Shown: positions 43,462 through 53,527, numbered from the stretch's first letter. The stretch is DNA of 64,000 nt from a virus (IMGVR_UViG_3300012974_000540:29343-93342); one strand, 5' to 3'. The notes: generated by a model from the letters alone, not told the origin. Numbers and translations: made by a program.

Positions 43462-46400
43462 GCAGAGCCCGCTTCGATGCTGACGTCATCACGGCCCTTC
43501 GGGGCCGTGTCATCGCTCACAACGAAGCGGCGCCCCCGGTGCGCGTGAAGTTGGCCGAGCTGAAGAAGGTCTTCGAGCGCGGCTGGCGGGGCGCCGCACC
43601 GGAAACCTCCGCCCTGGAGGCGGTGGACCGGCACCTGGCGATGCGCAAGGCCGACGACTTCGACGAGAGCAAGCATCGCCGGGATGGCGACGGCAAGTTC
43701 GCGCCGAAGGGTGGCGGCGCCAGCGCCAAGACCGCCCCCCAGTCGGGGCAGAAGGCGTTCTTTCGTGACACCAAGACCAGCTCCCAGCACAGCAAGCTGA
43801 AGGACCAGAACGCGGGCTACAAGGCGTCGCAGACCGAGGTCATCCCGGAAACCCGCTACAGCACCTTCGGCCCCCTCGCCGCGGCTGGGGCGGTGGGCGT
43901 GGTGAGCGGCCTGGGCGGCGCCTTCCCCTCGGCGCGCGGCGGCATCGTCGTCGCCGCCACCAAGGGCCTCGGCACGATGGCGGGTGTCGGCACCGGCAGC
44001 GCCGCCCGCCTCGCCACCGGCCTCGGCATCGACGCGGTGAATCTCACCCGCGCCGGAGCGCGCAAGCTCGGCGCCCGGACCCAGGGAATCCCCCCGGAGC
44101 GGGGCGAGGACATCAAGGATGCCGTCGCGGGCGCCACCAAGCGCGGGACGAAGCGCGTCGTCGGCGGCATCGGCCAGCTCTACAGCCGCGTCAGCGTGGG
44201 GCTGAACCGCAAGGTGATCGATGGCATGACGGGTCCGCTCCGCGAGGGCAAAGACCCTGTCTCCCGCAGCATCAACATGTCGCGCATGGCGCGCGGCAAG
44301 GCGGCGGGCTTCGCCTATGGCGTCGCCACCAGCGCGCCGCTCATGTACGGCGCCTATGAGGGCGCCCGGGCGGTCGGCCCGCTGCTCGACGCCTACAGCC
44401 CCCGCAAGGTGGAGAAGGCCGATATCGAGGCCCTGCTGGCGAAGGTCGAGGGCGAGCAGGAGCTCCAGAAGGCGGCGCTCTCCTCCTTCGTGCGGAACCT
44501 CACCTCCCGTGTCGGGACCGCGCTGCGCCGGCCGACGCCGCAGGCGCCACGCAGCACCAGCAGCCTGCCCAGCAACTTCCCTCCCCGCATGCGCCAGCAG
44601 GCCGAGCGCACCGCCAACGCCTATGACCGTGGCATCCGCCGCGAGATGGGCGGCGGCCCCCGCCAGGCGGTCAACCGCTCCACGGTGCGGGGCGCCCTGG
44701 GTGGCGCGGCGCTGGGCGCGGCGGCGGGCGGCGCGGCCCACCTCGCCACGGCGGGCGGCGGCAAGGGCGGCAACCCCTACCGCGACGAGGACGGCAAGTT
44801 CACCTCGAAGGAGAAGGCCGTCGCCACCGTCGGCGGCGGCGCGATGCTCGGCGCGGCGGCGGGCGCGCTGCTCAGCCGGGGCCGCTCCATCGGCAATGTC
44901 AGCCGCTTCATCGGCCGCTTCGACGCGAAGGAATCCCCCAAGGCCGCCGCGCGCGTGAGCGGCATGCGCGGCCGCGTCGAGGAAATGGCGGCGCGGAACG
45001 ACACGGCCTACGTCAAGGCTCGCCAGACGGCCGGCGCCAAGGAGTTCACCGAGATCCAGCAGCTGGATGCGCGGGCCTCCGATCCGGTCGCCTGGGCGAA
45101 GCACCAGCTCGCCAACCGGATGCGCGAGAAGATCCAGGATCTCGGCCGCGACGCGCAGTTCATGACGCCGCCGCAGGGCACCGCGAACCCGGCCGAGTGG
45201 TCGCGGCGCGTGCGCTCCGCCCTGAAGCGCAGCGAGACCGGCGAGGAATCCGGCCTCATCGACCTGCTCGGCCCCAAGCAGCGGAAGTCCCTGAAGAGCA
45301 TCACCGACACCGCCAAGAGCACGCGCAGCGAGATCGACCAGCGGATTGGCGGCTTCGAGCGGCGCCGCGACGAGCTGAACACCACCTACCAGAACCTGCA
45401 GCGCGACCTGGAGAGCGCCCGCAAGGGCTTTCAGGATCTCGTGGCCGAGGGGAACGGCAAGGTGGCCGATGGCGCGAAGCCGCGCAGCAAGTCGGTCATC
45501 ACCCGCCTGAAGGGCGAGGCGGCCGAGCAGATCGACAACCTCGAAGAGCAGATCCGCCAGGTGAGGGCGGACGGCCAGGCGTATCAGAAGCAGGTCAGCG
45601 AGATCGGCGCCGCGGGTGCCCGCCGCCATGTCAGCCCCGACAGGCTCCCGGCGGACCAGCGGATCGAAGACCCCTGGAAGCCGGGCAACTTCTTCGAGCG
45701 CTTCCCGCCCGATCATCGCGTGGATGCCATGAAGGAGGCGGTCACCGCGAAGCACACCGACGCCGTGGATGCGAGGTTCACCGCGCGCCACCACGCGGCG
45801 GGCGGCGAGGCGGCGCGCATCCTGGGCGACCATGTGGCGCAGCTCCGCGCCGAGATTCCGCGCCTGGTGCCAGCGCGGGTGCAGGCGGGCCTCGATGCCG
45901 CCCAGCGCAACCTGTCCGGCATCATGAAAGAGGCGCAGCGCGCCGCGAAGAAGATCCGCAACGCGAAGAACAAGGCCGAGGCCGCCGCCGCCGAGCATGA
46001 CGTGGTCGGGCGCACGAACCGCGCCGCCATCTGGCTCGGCCTGAAGGCCGCCGAGAAGAACGGCGTGCCGGACGGCCTCTGGCAGCATGCCAAGCGCAAC
46101 TGGCGCACCTACGGCTCCACGGTCGTCGGCGCCGCCGCCGCCCTGGACGTGGTGGATCTCGGGAACGACGGCTCGTTCATCTACAAGGGCTTCGACAAGA
46201 TCATGGGGAAGAAGCCCGAGGGCTATTTCCAGATCCTGCACGCCGGCCAGCCGAACGAGACGATCATCTACGGCGCCACCGTCGGCAGCGGCGCCAGCAA
46301 GCGCTTCGTCTATGCCGAGGCGCACCGCACCCGCGACGAGAACTGGAAGGTGCCGATCACCGCCAGCACCAAGGTGTCCGACATCGAGCGCGCCCTGGCG

Positions 46401-47237
46401 CAGCACGGCGGCCAGGGCGGCCAGGGCGGCCAGGGTGGCGGTGGCGGTGGCGGCAATGGCGCGGCCATCGCCATGATCGGCTACGCCCAGGACGAGCAGA
46501 ACCGGCTGAACACCACGCGCAACGCCCTGCGGAGCGGGAACAACACGGCGCACACCGATGGCCCGGACGGCTTCGGCGTGCGGGTGGCGAAGCAGGGCAC
46601 CGAGGTCGCGGGCCTGGTGATGGGCAAGGTCCGCAACGCCATGCAGGGCAAGGATGCGGGCGTGCAGCTCGCCACCGCGCTGCGCGGCAATGGCACCGAC
46701 CTGCTGACGGCGGGCCAGCGCGCGGGCCTGCTGCTCGGCAAGGAAGGCGGCGCCCCTGGCCCGCTCGCCTCGCTGCGCGGCGCCCAGGACCAGGATGCCG
46801 TCATCGCCGGCATGAAGAGCTGGGCCGCGAAGAACCCCGGCGTGCCGGCCGTCGATGTCGCCCGCGCCACCGGCGTGCTGCTCTCGGCGAAGGGGATGAG
46901 CGGCTACAGCGCCGCGCTGAAGGATCTGAGCAGCGCCCTCTCGGCCGGTCGGGCCGCCCCGCCGCCCGCGCAGCCGAAGCCCGGCCAGCCGGCGCCGGAG
47001 CGCCCTGCCGCCGCGCCGTCCGGCCTCGACTACAAGGGCTTCCTGCACCGCAACCGCAAGCTGCTCACCAGCGGGGATGACGACACCGCCAGCAACCCGG
47101 AGCGCGCCGCGAAGGTGATGCTGGACGGCTATCTGGCCGAGGCCCGCAAGACCCACCCGAACCGCGACGAGCGGTTCTGGAACGCCGAGGCGGTGCGCCG
47201 CGCCGAGGCCGACCTGAAGCAGTTCGCCGACCAGTAA
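43458..47237 (+). CDS. 1259-aa head-associated/ejection-type protein
   Basis: MRKADDFDESKHRRDGDGKF; NPYRDEDGKF; VEKAD/LQKAA; glycine zippers; coiled coil. Confidence 0.75.
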   Translation: MSRARFDADVITALRGRVIAHNEAAPPVRVKLAELKKVFERGWRGAAPETSALEAVDRHLAMRKADDFDESKHRRDGDGKFAPKGGGASAKTAPQSGQKAFFRDTKTSSQHSKLKDQNAGYKASQTEVIPETRYSTFGPLAAAGAVGVVSGLGGAFPSARGGIVVAATKGLGTMAGVGTGSAARLATGLGIDAVNLTRAGARKLGARTQGIPPERGEDIKDAVAGATKRGTKRVVGGIGQLYSRVSVGLNRKVIDGMTGPLREGKDPVSRSINMSRMARGKAAGFAYGVATSAPLMYGAYEGARAVGPLLDAYSPRKVEKADIEALLAKVEGEQELQKAALSSFVRNLTSRVGTALRRPTPQAPRSTSSLPSNFPPRMRQQAERTANAYDRGIRREMGGGPRQAVNRSTVRGALGGAALGAAAGGAAHLATAGGGKGGNPYRDEDGKFTSKEKAVATVGGGAMLGAAAGALLSRGRSIGNVSRFIGRFDAKESPKAAARVSGMRGRVEEMAARNDTAYVKARQTAGAKEFTEIQQLDARASDPVAWAKHQLANRMREKIQDLGRDAQFMTPPQGTANPAEWSRRVRSALKRSETGEESGLIDLLGPKQRKSLKSITDTAKSTRSEIDQRIGGFERRRDELNTTYQNLQRDLESARKGFQDLVAEGNGKVADGAKPRSKSVITRLKGEAAEQIDNLEEQIRQVRADGQAYQKQVSEIGAAGARRHVSPDRLPADQRIEDPWKPGNFFERFPPDHRVDAMKEAVTAKHTDAVDARFTARHHAAGGEAARILGDHVAQLRAEIPRLVPARVQAGLDAAQRNLSGIMKEAQRAAKKIRNAKNKAEAAAAEHDVVGRTNRAAIWLGLKAAEKNGVPDGLWQHAKRNWRTYGSTVVGAAAALDVVDLGNDGSFIYKGFDKIMGKKPEGYFQILHAGQPNETIIYGATVGSGASKRFVYAEAHRTRDENWKVPITASTKVSDIERALAQHGGQGGQGGQGGGGGGGNGAAIAMIGYAQDEQNRLNTTRNALRSGNNTAHTDGPDGFGVRVAKQGTEVAGLVMGKVRNAMQGKDAGVQLATALRGNGTDLLTAGQRAGLLLGKEGGAPGPLASLRGAQDQDAVIAGMKSWAAKNPGVPAVDVARATGVLLSAKGMSGYSAALKDLSSALSAGRAAPPPAQPKPGQPAPERPAAAPSGLDYKGFLHRNRKLLTSGDDDTASNPERAAKVMLDGYLAEARKTHPNRDERFWNAEAVRRAEADLKQFADQ

Positions 47238-47250
47238 GGGCGGAAGCACC

Positions 47251-47898
47251 ATGGAACGACAATACGAGCGGCACCCGCCCGGCTCCGACAAGGGCGGCGA
47301 GTTCGCCCCGAAGCACGGGCCGAAGGCGTCGGCCACCCCGAAGCCGCAGAAAGCGTCCGAGCCGCCGAAGGAGGACAATCGCTCCGTGCTGGAGCCGATG
47401 CGCTTCCTCGGCACGGCCGGCGAGGTCGCTGGCATGCAGGCGGCCTGGGATCTCACCGACAAGGTTCTGCCGAAGGTGAATCCCAGGGCGTCCGCCGAGA
47501 CCACGCTCGGGCGCGCCAAGGCGACGGCCGCCTTTGCCGCGAAGAAGGTTTCCCGCGTCGGCGTCGGCATCGTGGCTGGCGGCGTCGGCTCGATGGTTGG
47601 CGGCATGGTCGGCCGGGAGGGCGCCCAGAACCTCTACGCCGCCGCCGGCAAGGAGGCCCCCGAAGCCTACACGCCGCCCGAGCGCAGCGGCGCGGAGACG
47701 GCGTGGCGGATCGGTGGCGGCATCGTCGGCTGGTCCATCGGCAATGCCGTGGGCCGGACCTACTTCGGCAAGATGGCGACGGCTGTCCTGGGCAGCATGG
47801 CGGGCGAGGAGATCAGCGCCTTCGTCCACCAGAACATCGTCGGACATTTCGGGGACCGCGCCGCCATCCGCGTCGCCAATGCCCTGAAATTGGGATGA
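47251..47898 (+). CDS. glycine-zipper protein with HPPGS.KGGEF N-terminus
   Basis: 215 aa in the head operon. Confidence 0.7.
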   Translation: MERQYERHPPGSDKGGEFAPKHGPKASATPKPQKASEPPKEDNRSVLEPMRFLGTAGEVAGMQAAWDLTDKVLPKVNPRASAETTLGRAKATAAFAAKKVSRVGVGIVAGGVGSMVGGMVGREGAQNLYAAAGKEAPEAYTPPERSGAETAWRIGGGIVGWSIGNAVGRTYFGKMATAVLGSMAGEEISAFVHQNIVGHFGDRAAIRVANALKLG

Positions 47899-48058
47899 CA
47901 GCATGACTTGGTCCCAGCCCGCCGGTCCCTTCCAGGGCATGGCGGCCACAGATCTTGCGGCTCGTCGCCGCAAGCCCGCCCTCCGCACCGTCCCGGAGGC
48001 GGCCTCACTACATCGCCGGCCAAAGCGCCGGGACGGAATCACGCAGGAGACATCGGAT

Positions 48059-49285
48059 ATGCATGTGCAGGACGACAAGCTCGCGCGGATCACCGCGTCC
48101 GTGCTGGAAATCGCCAAGAGCGACGTCCCGGACCAGGAGGCCATGGTCTCGCAGTCCCTGAGCGAGTTCGCGCAGGACCTCGCCGAGACCAAGGACCAGC
48201 TCGAAGCGGCTGCCGACATCGAAACCGATGAGATGCAGAACCCGCTGGTCGATCTGGCCCTGCTGATCCACCAGGCGGTCGAGGCGGCGGACGACCTGAT
48301 CGAGAGCGGCGCCGTGACGGCCGAGGCCTCCGCGCTGCTGAGCGAGTGGGCCGACCTGAGCGAGGTGGTGCTGCGCGCCGCCGCGAACGATCAGGTCGAG
48401 CCGATCGACGACAGCGCGGAGCTGACGGAAGAGGATGTCGAGGCCGCCAAGGCGGATGGCCTGAGCTTCATCGATCTGCCGCTCACCAAGAGCGACAGCA
48501 CCCTGCGCCTCGTGTCCAGCCTGCCGCCGCAGCTCATCGGCTACGTCACCGACCCCGACGTGCTGAGCGACGTGATGGGCCAGATCGGCGTGAACCTGAT
48601 GAAGATGGCCGGCGTCCCGCCCGAGGCTGGCGCGCCCCAGGCCGCAGCCCCGGCCGAGGGCGGCGAGGACGTGGCCGAGATGTGCCAGGTGCTCATGCGC
48701 CTGAACGCCGCGGCGCTGGTGCAGGGCGAGGCCGTGCTGCGCGCGGTTGGCGGCCAGGTCGAAGACCCCGAGGACCAGGACCCGGCCGAGGAAGAAGCGG
48801 CCCAGGGTGCGCCGCCGGCCGAGGCGCCGCCCGCCGAAGGTGCGCCGCCGGCCGACAAGCCCGCCGCGCCGCCGGCCGAGGAGAAGCCCGCCGCGCCGCC
48901 CGCCGCGCCGCCCGCCGACAAGCCCGAGGGCGAGGGCGAAGGCGAAGGCGAAGGCGAAGGCGAGGGCGACGAGGAGGAGAAGGCCGAGAAGTCCGCCAAG
49001 GCCGGCGCCTTGCAGAAGGCGGCCATCGAGGAGGCCATGGCGACGGTCCTCGCCGAGGTGGTCGGCCCGCTCCAGAAGCAGCTCGCCGATGCCGGCGCCG
49101 AGATCATCCGCCTGCGCCAGATGCCCGCCGCCCCGAAGGGCGTGCTCGGCGTCGCGGGCGGCCTGAGCAAGGCGGCCGACAGCGCCCAGCGCCTCGAGGA
49201 GCAGGCCGTGGAGCTGTCGAAGCTCTCCCCCGAGGAGCGCTCGGTCGCGCTGATCAAGATGGCGCACCGCGCCCCGCTGGGGTGA
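48059..49285 (+). CDS. scaffolding-like protein
   Basis: AGGAG SD before MHVQDD; very acidic Pro/Ala-rich; several KS/KA motifs; immediately upstream of capsid. Confidence 0.65.
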   Translation: MHVQDDKLARITASVLEIAKSDVPDQEAMVSQSLSEFAQDLAETKDQLEAAADIETDEMQNPLVDLALLIHQAVEAADDLIESGAVTAEASALLSEWADLSEVVLRAAANDQVEPIDDSAELTEEDVEAAKADGLSFIDLPLTKSDSTLRLVSSLPPQLIGYVTDPDVLSDVMGQIGVNLMKMAGVPPEAGAPQAAAPAEGGEDVAEMCQVLMRLNAAALVQGEAVLRAVGGQVEDPEDQDPAEEEAAQGAPPAEAPPAEGAPPADKPAAPPAEEKPAAPPAAPPADKPEGEGEGEGEGEGEGDEEEKAEKSAKAGALQKAAIEEAMATVLAEVVGPLQKQLADAGAEIIRLRQMPAAPKGVLGVAGGLSKAADSAQRLEEQAVELSKLSPEERSVALIKMAHRAPLG

Positions 49286-49347
49286 TCGGACAGGGCAGGC
49301 CTCGCCTGCCCCACGAGATAGCCGCCGCCATCGGGCGGTGTGCTGAC

Positions 49348-49373
49348 AGGGCGGCCTTTGTGCCGCCCTTTTT
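49348..49373 (+). terminator. terminator-like hairpin before the capsid leader
   Basis: AGGGCGGC..GCCGCCCT followed by TTTT. Confidence 0.6.
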
Positions 49374-49376
49374 GTT

Positions 49377-49474
49377 GCTCGGGCGGGGCTTCGGCCTCGC
49401 CGCCGCCGGCTGAGCCCCGGCTGTTTCCCGCTCGGGCGAGGCTTTGTCCTCGCCGCCGCCGGCTGAGCCCCGGC
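49377..49474 (+). repeat. 45-bp direct repeat, 2 copies (42/45 identical), structured
   Basis: copies at 49377-49421 and 49430-49474. Confidence 0.8.
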
Positions 49475-49596
49475 CGCCCGTGAAATGCCGTTGGGCCACG
49501 GCCCGGAGCAGACCCCCCGCCCCTGGCGGCCTGGGGCGCTTCGGCACGCCTGCTGATCACGCCTGCCCGCGGGCCGCGTGATCCGGGAGCATCCTC

Positions 49597-51087
49597 GTGA
49601 ACACGAACGACACCCTGTCCCTGGTGCGCAACGCGCTCGCCAAGGCGAATGCCGGCGCCAATCTGGCGAAGTCCTGGACGCAGTCGCCCAATGCGACTAC
49701 TGGTCTCACCGCGTACTCGCTGGAAGCACCGGCCAAGACGCTGACGCCGCTCATCACGCCGCTGCGTAATGAACTGGCCCGCTCGACAGGTGGTATGGGC
49801 ATCCAGGCCAATTGGCGAGCTGTCACGAAAATCAACAATGCTTCGATTTCGGGCGGCGTTTCTGAGGGCAACCGAGGCGGCGTCATCGGTACTACTGTAA
49901 AAGAGTACCTCGCTGCTTTCCGCACCATCGGTGTTGAAGACAACGTTACTTGGGAAGCCGACCTGGCCGCCCAGGGCTTCGACGACGTCAAGGCGCGCGC
50001 CGTGCAGGGCACGCTGCACGCCCTGATGGAGATCGAGGAGAAGCTGATCGTCGGCGGCAACGGCTCCGTCTCGCTCGGCCAGCCCGCCACCCCGGTCCTC
50101 GTCGCCAGCACCCAGGGCGGCGCCATCGCGGCCACCACGCCCGTGCATGTGCGCGCCGTGGCGCTGACCATGGACGGCTACCTCGCGGCCTCCGGCGGCA
50201 CCGTGCTCGCCCAGGTGACGCGCGCCAACGCGGACGGCAGCACCGACACCTACAACGGTGGCGCGTCGCAGGCCTCGGCCGCCGCGAACGTGACGACCGG
50301 CACGGGCGGCACCAACTCCGTCGCCGCCAGCGTGCAGGCCGTGATCGGCGCCGTGGGCTACGCCTGGTTCGTCGGCGACGCCGGCACCCAGCGCCTCTAC
50401 GGGACGACCACCACCAACTCCGTGGTCATCACCCACCTGGCCGCCGGCGGTCAGACGCTGCCGGCCGACCTGGTGACGAACGACCGCTCGGCCAACCTGA
50501 TGGTGTTCGACGGCTTCCTGGCCTTGGCCGCGAAGCCCGGCTCCGGCGCCTACTGGAAGGCGCTGCCCACCGGCACCGCTGGCCTCGGCTCCACGCTGAC
50601 CGCCGATGGCGCGGGCGGCATCGAGCAGCTCGACGAGATGCTGGAGTGGTACTGGACGCAGCACCGCATCAGCCCGACCGAGATCTGGGTCTCGGCGCGC
50701 GAGGCGAACACGCTGCGCAAGAAGGCGCTGGCGGGCGTGCAGAACGGCACCCACCGCTTCAGCTTCAATGCGCAGCAGGGCATGATCACCGCCGGCAGCA
50801 TGCTGCGTGGCTACCTCAACCAGTATTCCATGAGCGGTGCGCAGGACATTCCGATCCGCCTGCACCCGAACCTGCCGCCCGGCACCATCCTGGTGCTGAC
50901 GCACGAGCTGCCCTACCGCCTGTCCGGCGTGGACAAGGTGAACCGCATCCTGTGCCGCAAGGACTACCACCAGACTGAGTGGCCGATGCGGAGCCGCAAG
51001 TACGAGTACGGCGTGTACTCGGACCAGGTTCTCCAGTGCTACTTCCCGCCCGGCATTGGCGTCATCTCCAATATCGCTGGCGGCTGA
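49597..51087 (+). CDS. major capsid protein
   Basis: LAKS near the N-terminus; YSLEAPAK.L.P..TPLRN; YHQTEWPMRSRKYEYGVY; position in operon. Confidence 0.88.
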   Translation: MNTNDTLSLVRNALAKANAGANLAKSWTQSPNATTGLTAYSLEAPAKTLTPLITPLRNELARSTGGMGIQANWRAVTKINNASISGGVSEGNRGGVIGTTVKEYLAAFRTIGVEDNVTWEADLAAQGFDDVKARAVQGTLHALMEIEEKLIVGGNGSVSLGQPATPVLVASTQGGAIAATTPVHVRAVALTMDGYLAASGGTVLAQVTRANADGSTDTYNGGASQASAAANVTTGTGGTNSVAASVQAVIGAVGYAWFVGDAGTQRLYGTTTTNSVVITHLAAGGQTLPADLVTNDRSANLMVFDGFLALAAKPGSGAYWKALPTGTAGLGSTLTADGAGGIEQLDEMLEWYWTQHRISPTEIWVSAREANTLRKKALAGVQNGTHRFSFNAQQGMITAGSMLRGYLNQYSMSGAQDIPIRLHPNLPPGTILVLTHELPYRLSGVDKVNRILCRKDYHQTEWPMRSRKYEYGVYSDQVLQCYFPPGIGVISNIAGG

Positions 51088-51165
51088 TCGCCGTAACTGT
51101 CGCCGCGCCCAGGCCTCACCGCCTGGGCGCGGTTTCTACTTGCCCTTTGCTTCGGAAAGGTGCCC

Positions 51166-51354
51166 ATGCCCCATTACCGCACCACCCCCGCCGTGACCGC
51201 CGTCTTCGTGCCGGGCCGCGGCGAGCTGGCCGCCGATGCCGACGGCATCCTCAGCCTCACCGAGGACCAGGCCGCCGCCCTCACCGATCTCGGCCTCCTG
51301 CTGGAGCCGGTCGAGGCCCCCGCGCCGAAGCCCGCCCGCAAGGCCGCCGCCTGA
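51166..51354 (+). CDS. small virion protein
   Basis: AAGG SD; coupled to the next gene. Confidence 0.6.
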   Translation: MPHYRTTPAVTAVFVPGRGELAADADGILSLTEDQAAALTDLGLLLEPVEAPAPKPARKAAA

Positions 51355-51884
51355 TGCCGCGCCTGATCTCGATCGCCGAAGCCAAGGCCCATCTCGGCGA
51401 CACCACCGACGTCACCGACGCCGCCCTGGGCGAGATGATCGAGGTCGCCTCGCAGACCGTCGAGGATTTCTGCCAGCGCCCCTTCGGCCGCTCCGAGGAA
51501 GTCGAAACCCTGTTCGGCACCGGCAGCGCGACGATCTTCCCGAAGCGCACCCCCCTCGCCTTCGTCTCCTCCTGCGAGGTGATGGGCGATCCGGTCCCGG
51601 TGACCTGGGACAGCATCGGCGTCACCACCCGCACCGGCTTTCCCTTCGCCCGCAACGCCCGCATCACGCTGCGCTACACCGGCGGCGACGAGCCCGTGCC
51701 GGGCGCCGTGCGCATGGCGACGCGGATCGTCCTCCAGGCCCAGCGCACCGCCCCCGCCCTCGACCCGAATCTCAGCGGCGAGCAGCTGGCCGGCGTCTAT
51801 GGCGGCTCCTACAGCGAGTTCGGCCCCGGCGCCCTCCCGCGCGCGGCGCGCCACCTGCTGAACGCCCATATCCGGCGCTACTGA
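51354..51884 (+). CDS. head-tail connector (gp6-like)
   Basis: LISIAEAKAHLG..D..L..IE.AS..VE.FC.R..YTGG..VP..V. Confidence 0.8.
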   Translation: MPRLISIAEAKAHLGDTTDVTDAALGEMIEVASQTVEDFCQRPFGRSEEVETLFGTGSATIFPKRTPLAFVSSCEVMGDPVPVTWDSIGVTTRTGFPFARNARITLRYTGGDEPVPGAVRMATRIVLQAQRTAPALDPNLSGEQLAGVYGGSYSEFGPGALPRAARHLLNAHIRRY

Positions 51885-51885
51885 C

Positions 51886-52470
51886 ATGCGCCCCGCCGAT
51901 TTCGTCGCCCGGCGCTACCGCGATGTCCTGCTCGCCCGCGGCACCTTCGTGGTGCTGCACTACGCCACCACCCTCGAAGGCCCCGACCCGGCGCCGAACC
52001 CGCCCCGCAGCGCGAACCTCACCGCGCGCGACGAGCACCCCATCGGCAGCACCGAGCTGCGCCTGGTGGGCGAGGTGCTGGCCGGGCGCATCGAGGCCGG
52101 CGACGCCTTCGTGGTCGGCTACCAGCGCATGACGGCGGCCGGCATGGTGAAGACCGCCGCCAACAGCGCCACGGTCCCCCTCGCCGCCCCCCTCACCGAT
52201 CCCCTCGCTGCCGGCGCCCCGGTGACGCCCCACTGGCAGGGCCACCGCCGCGTCCCCGCCGAGGTGAACGGCTTCAGCCGCCACCTGATCGACGGCACGC
52301 TGATCGACGCCGCCGACCTCTCCGTGACGATCTCGAATTTCGGCCTGCCCTCCGAGCCGAAGCCCGGCATGGCCGTCATCGCCCCCTGGGGCCAGCGCTA
52401 CGTCATCCGCAGCGCCGTGCCCGCCTACCTGCGCGGCGCCCCGGTGCGCTGGGCCATCCAGGCGAGGTAA
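51886..52470 (+). CDS. head closure-like protein
   Basis: IDGTLI..D..; position in neck module. Confidence 0.6.
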   Translation: MRPADFVARRYRDVLLARGTFVVLHYATTLEGPDPAPNPPRSANLTARDEHPIGSTELRLVGEVLAGRIEAGDAFVVGYQRMTAAGMVKTAANSATVPLAAPLTDPLAAGAPVTPHWQGHRRVPAEVNGFSRHLIDGTLIDAADLSVTISNFGLPSEPKPGMAVIAPWGQRYVIRSAVPAYLRGAPVRWAIQAR

Positions 52471-52473
52471 CCG

Positions 52474-52884
52474 ATGCCCGATTTCTCGGTGGACGTGACC
52501 CGCTGGGTCGAGAAGGCCCGGCACCGCGCCGATGCCGCGCTGCGCGCCACGGCCGAGGACGCCGTGAACCGCGTCAAGGAGCTGACCCCGGTGGATACCG
52601 GCCACCTCCGCGCCAACTGGTCGGCCATCCGCCCCGACGAAAGCCTGCCCATCGAGGGCCGCGCCACCACCGAGGCCATCACCCAGGCGAGCCTCGGGGA
52701 CATCATCGTCGTGGTGAACCCGGTGATCTACGCGCGCGCCATCGAGTATGGCCGCGACATCGAGCGCAAGGATGGCGAGACCACCCACGTCACCGGCGCC
52801 GGCATGGTCACGCAGACCGTCGCCGAGCTGCCGGAGATCGCCCGCCGGGCCACGCGCCGCGTCATCCAGGGCGGCGGCGCATGA
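52474..52884 (+). CDS. HK97 gp10-like tail completion protein
   Basis: TPVDTGHLRANW..N..YARAIEYG. Confidence 0.85.
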   Translation: MPDFSVDVTRWVEKARHRADAALRATAEDAVNRVKELTPVDTGHLRANWSAIRPDESLPIEGRATTEAITQASLGDIIVVVNPVIYARAIEYGRDIERKDGETTHVTGAGMVTQTVAELPEIARRATRRVIQGGGA

Positions 52885-53279
52885 TCAGCGACATCGAGGA
52901 GGCCCTGAACGCCCAGGCCGCCCTGATCCCCGGCCGCAAGGCGTGGCAGGGCATCCCGTTCCGGCCGGATGGCGAGCCCTACATGGCCGTCTCCATGCCC
53001 TTCCGGGGGCGCCAGGTTCCCGGCGTCGGCGCCGAGGCCCGCGCCTTCTGGAACGGCGTCTTCCAGATCCTGGTCTGCAACCCGGCCCGCGAGGGTGTTC
53101 CGGGCGCCAGCCGAGCCGCCGAGGTGGCGGCCGGCTTCTTCAAGCGCGGGCACACGCTGATCCTGGGCGCCGCCCGCGTCCACATCGAACAAGTGAACCT
53201 CCCCGCACCCGTGGTCACCGCCGACTACATCAGCGTGCCGGTGCAGGTCTCCTGGTTCTGCGAGGACACCCCCTCATGA
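52881..53279 (+). CDS. tail terminator-like protein (DUF4128)
   Basis: W..F.P..PY..GVFQI..FKRG..PV.V.W. Confidence 0.75.
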   Translation: MISDIEEALNAQAALIPGRKAWQGIPFRPDGEPYMAVSMPFRGRQVPGVGAEARAFWNGVFQILVCNPAREGVPGASRAAEVAAGFFKRGHTLILGAARVHIEQVNLPAPVVTADYISVPVQVSWFCEDTPS

Positions 53280-53527
53280 AGACCCTGCACATCCACGAAT
53301 ACTGCGCGATGGGAGGCCGCTCCTATTACCGCGGCGAATCCTTCAGCGCGGCGCAGCTCGCCGAGCGCGGCGCCACCGAGGCCGAGATCCAGCGCGCCGC
53401 CTTCTACGGCTGCCTCTCCGAAGAGAGCCTGCCGCCCAGCGCCGACCTGTCGGAGCAGCCCGACTTCGAGAGCCCCGCGCCCGCCGAGGACGCCGATCCC
53501 GAGCAGGACGCGCCCGCCGAGGACTGA
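53276..53527 (+). CDS. hypothetical protein
   Basis: ATGA-coupled 83 aa. Confidence 0.55.
   Translation: MKTLHIHEYCAMGGRSYYRGESFSAAQLAERGATEAEIQRAAFYGCLSEESLPPSADLSEQPDFESPAPAEDADPEQDAPAED

Noticed and set aside
48925-48970. GAAGGC microsatellite as a regulatory repeat
   Set aside because: Encodes a Glu-Gly low-complexity linker in the scaffold
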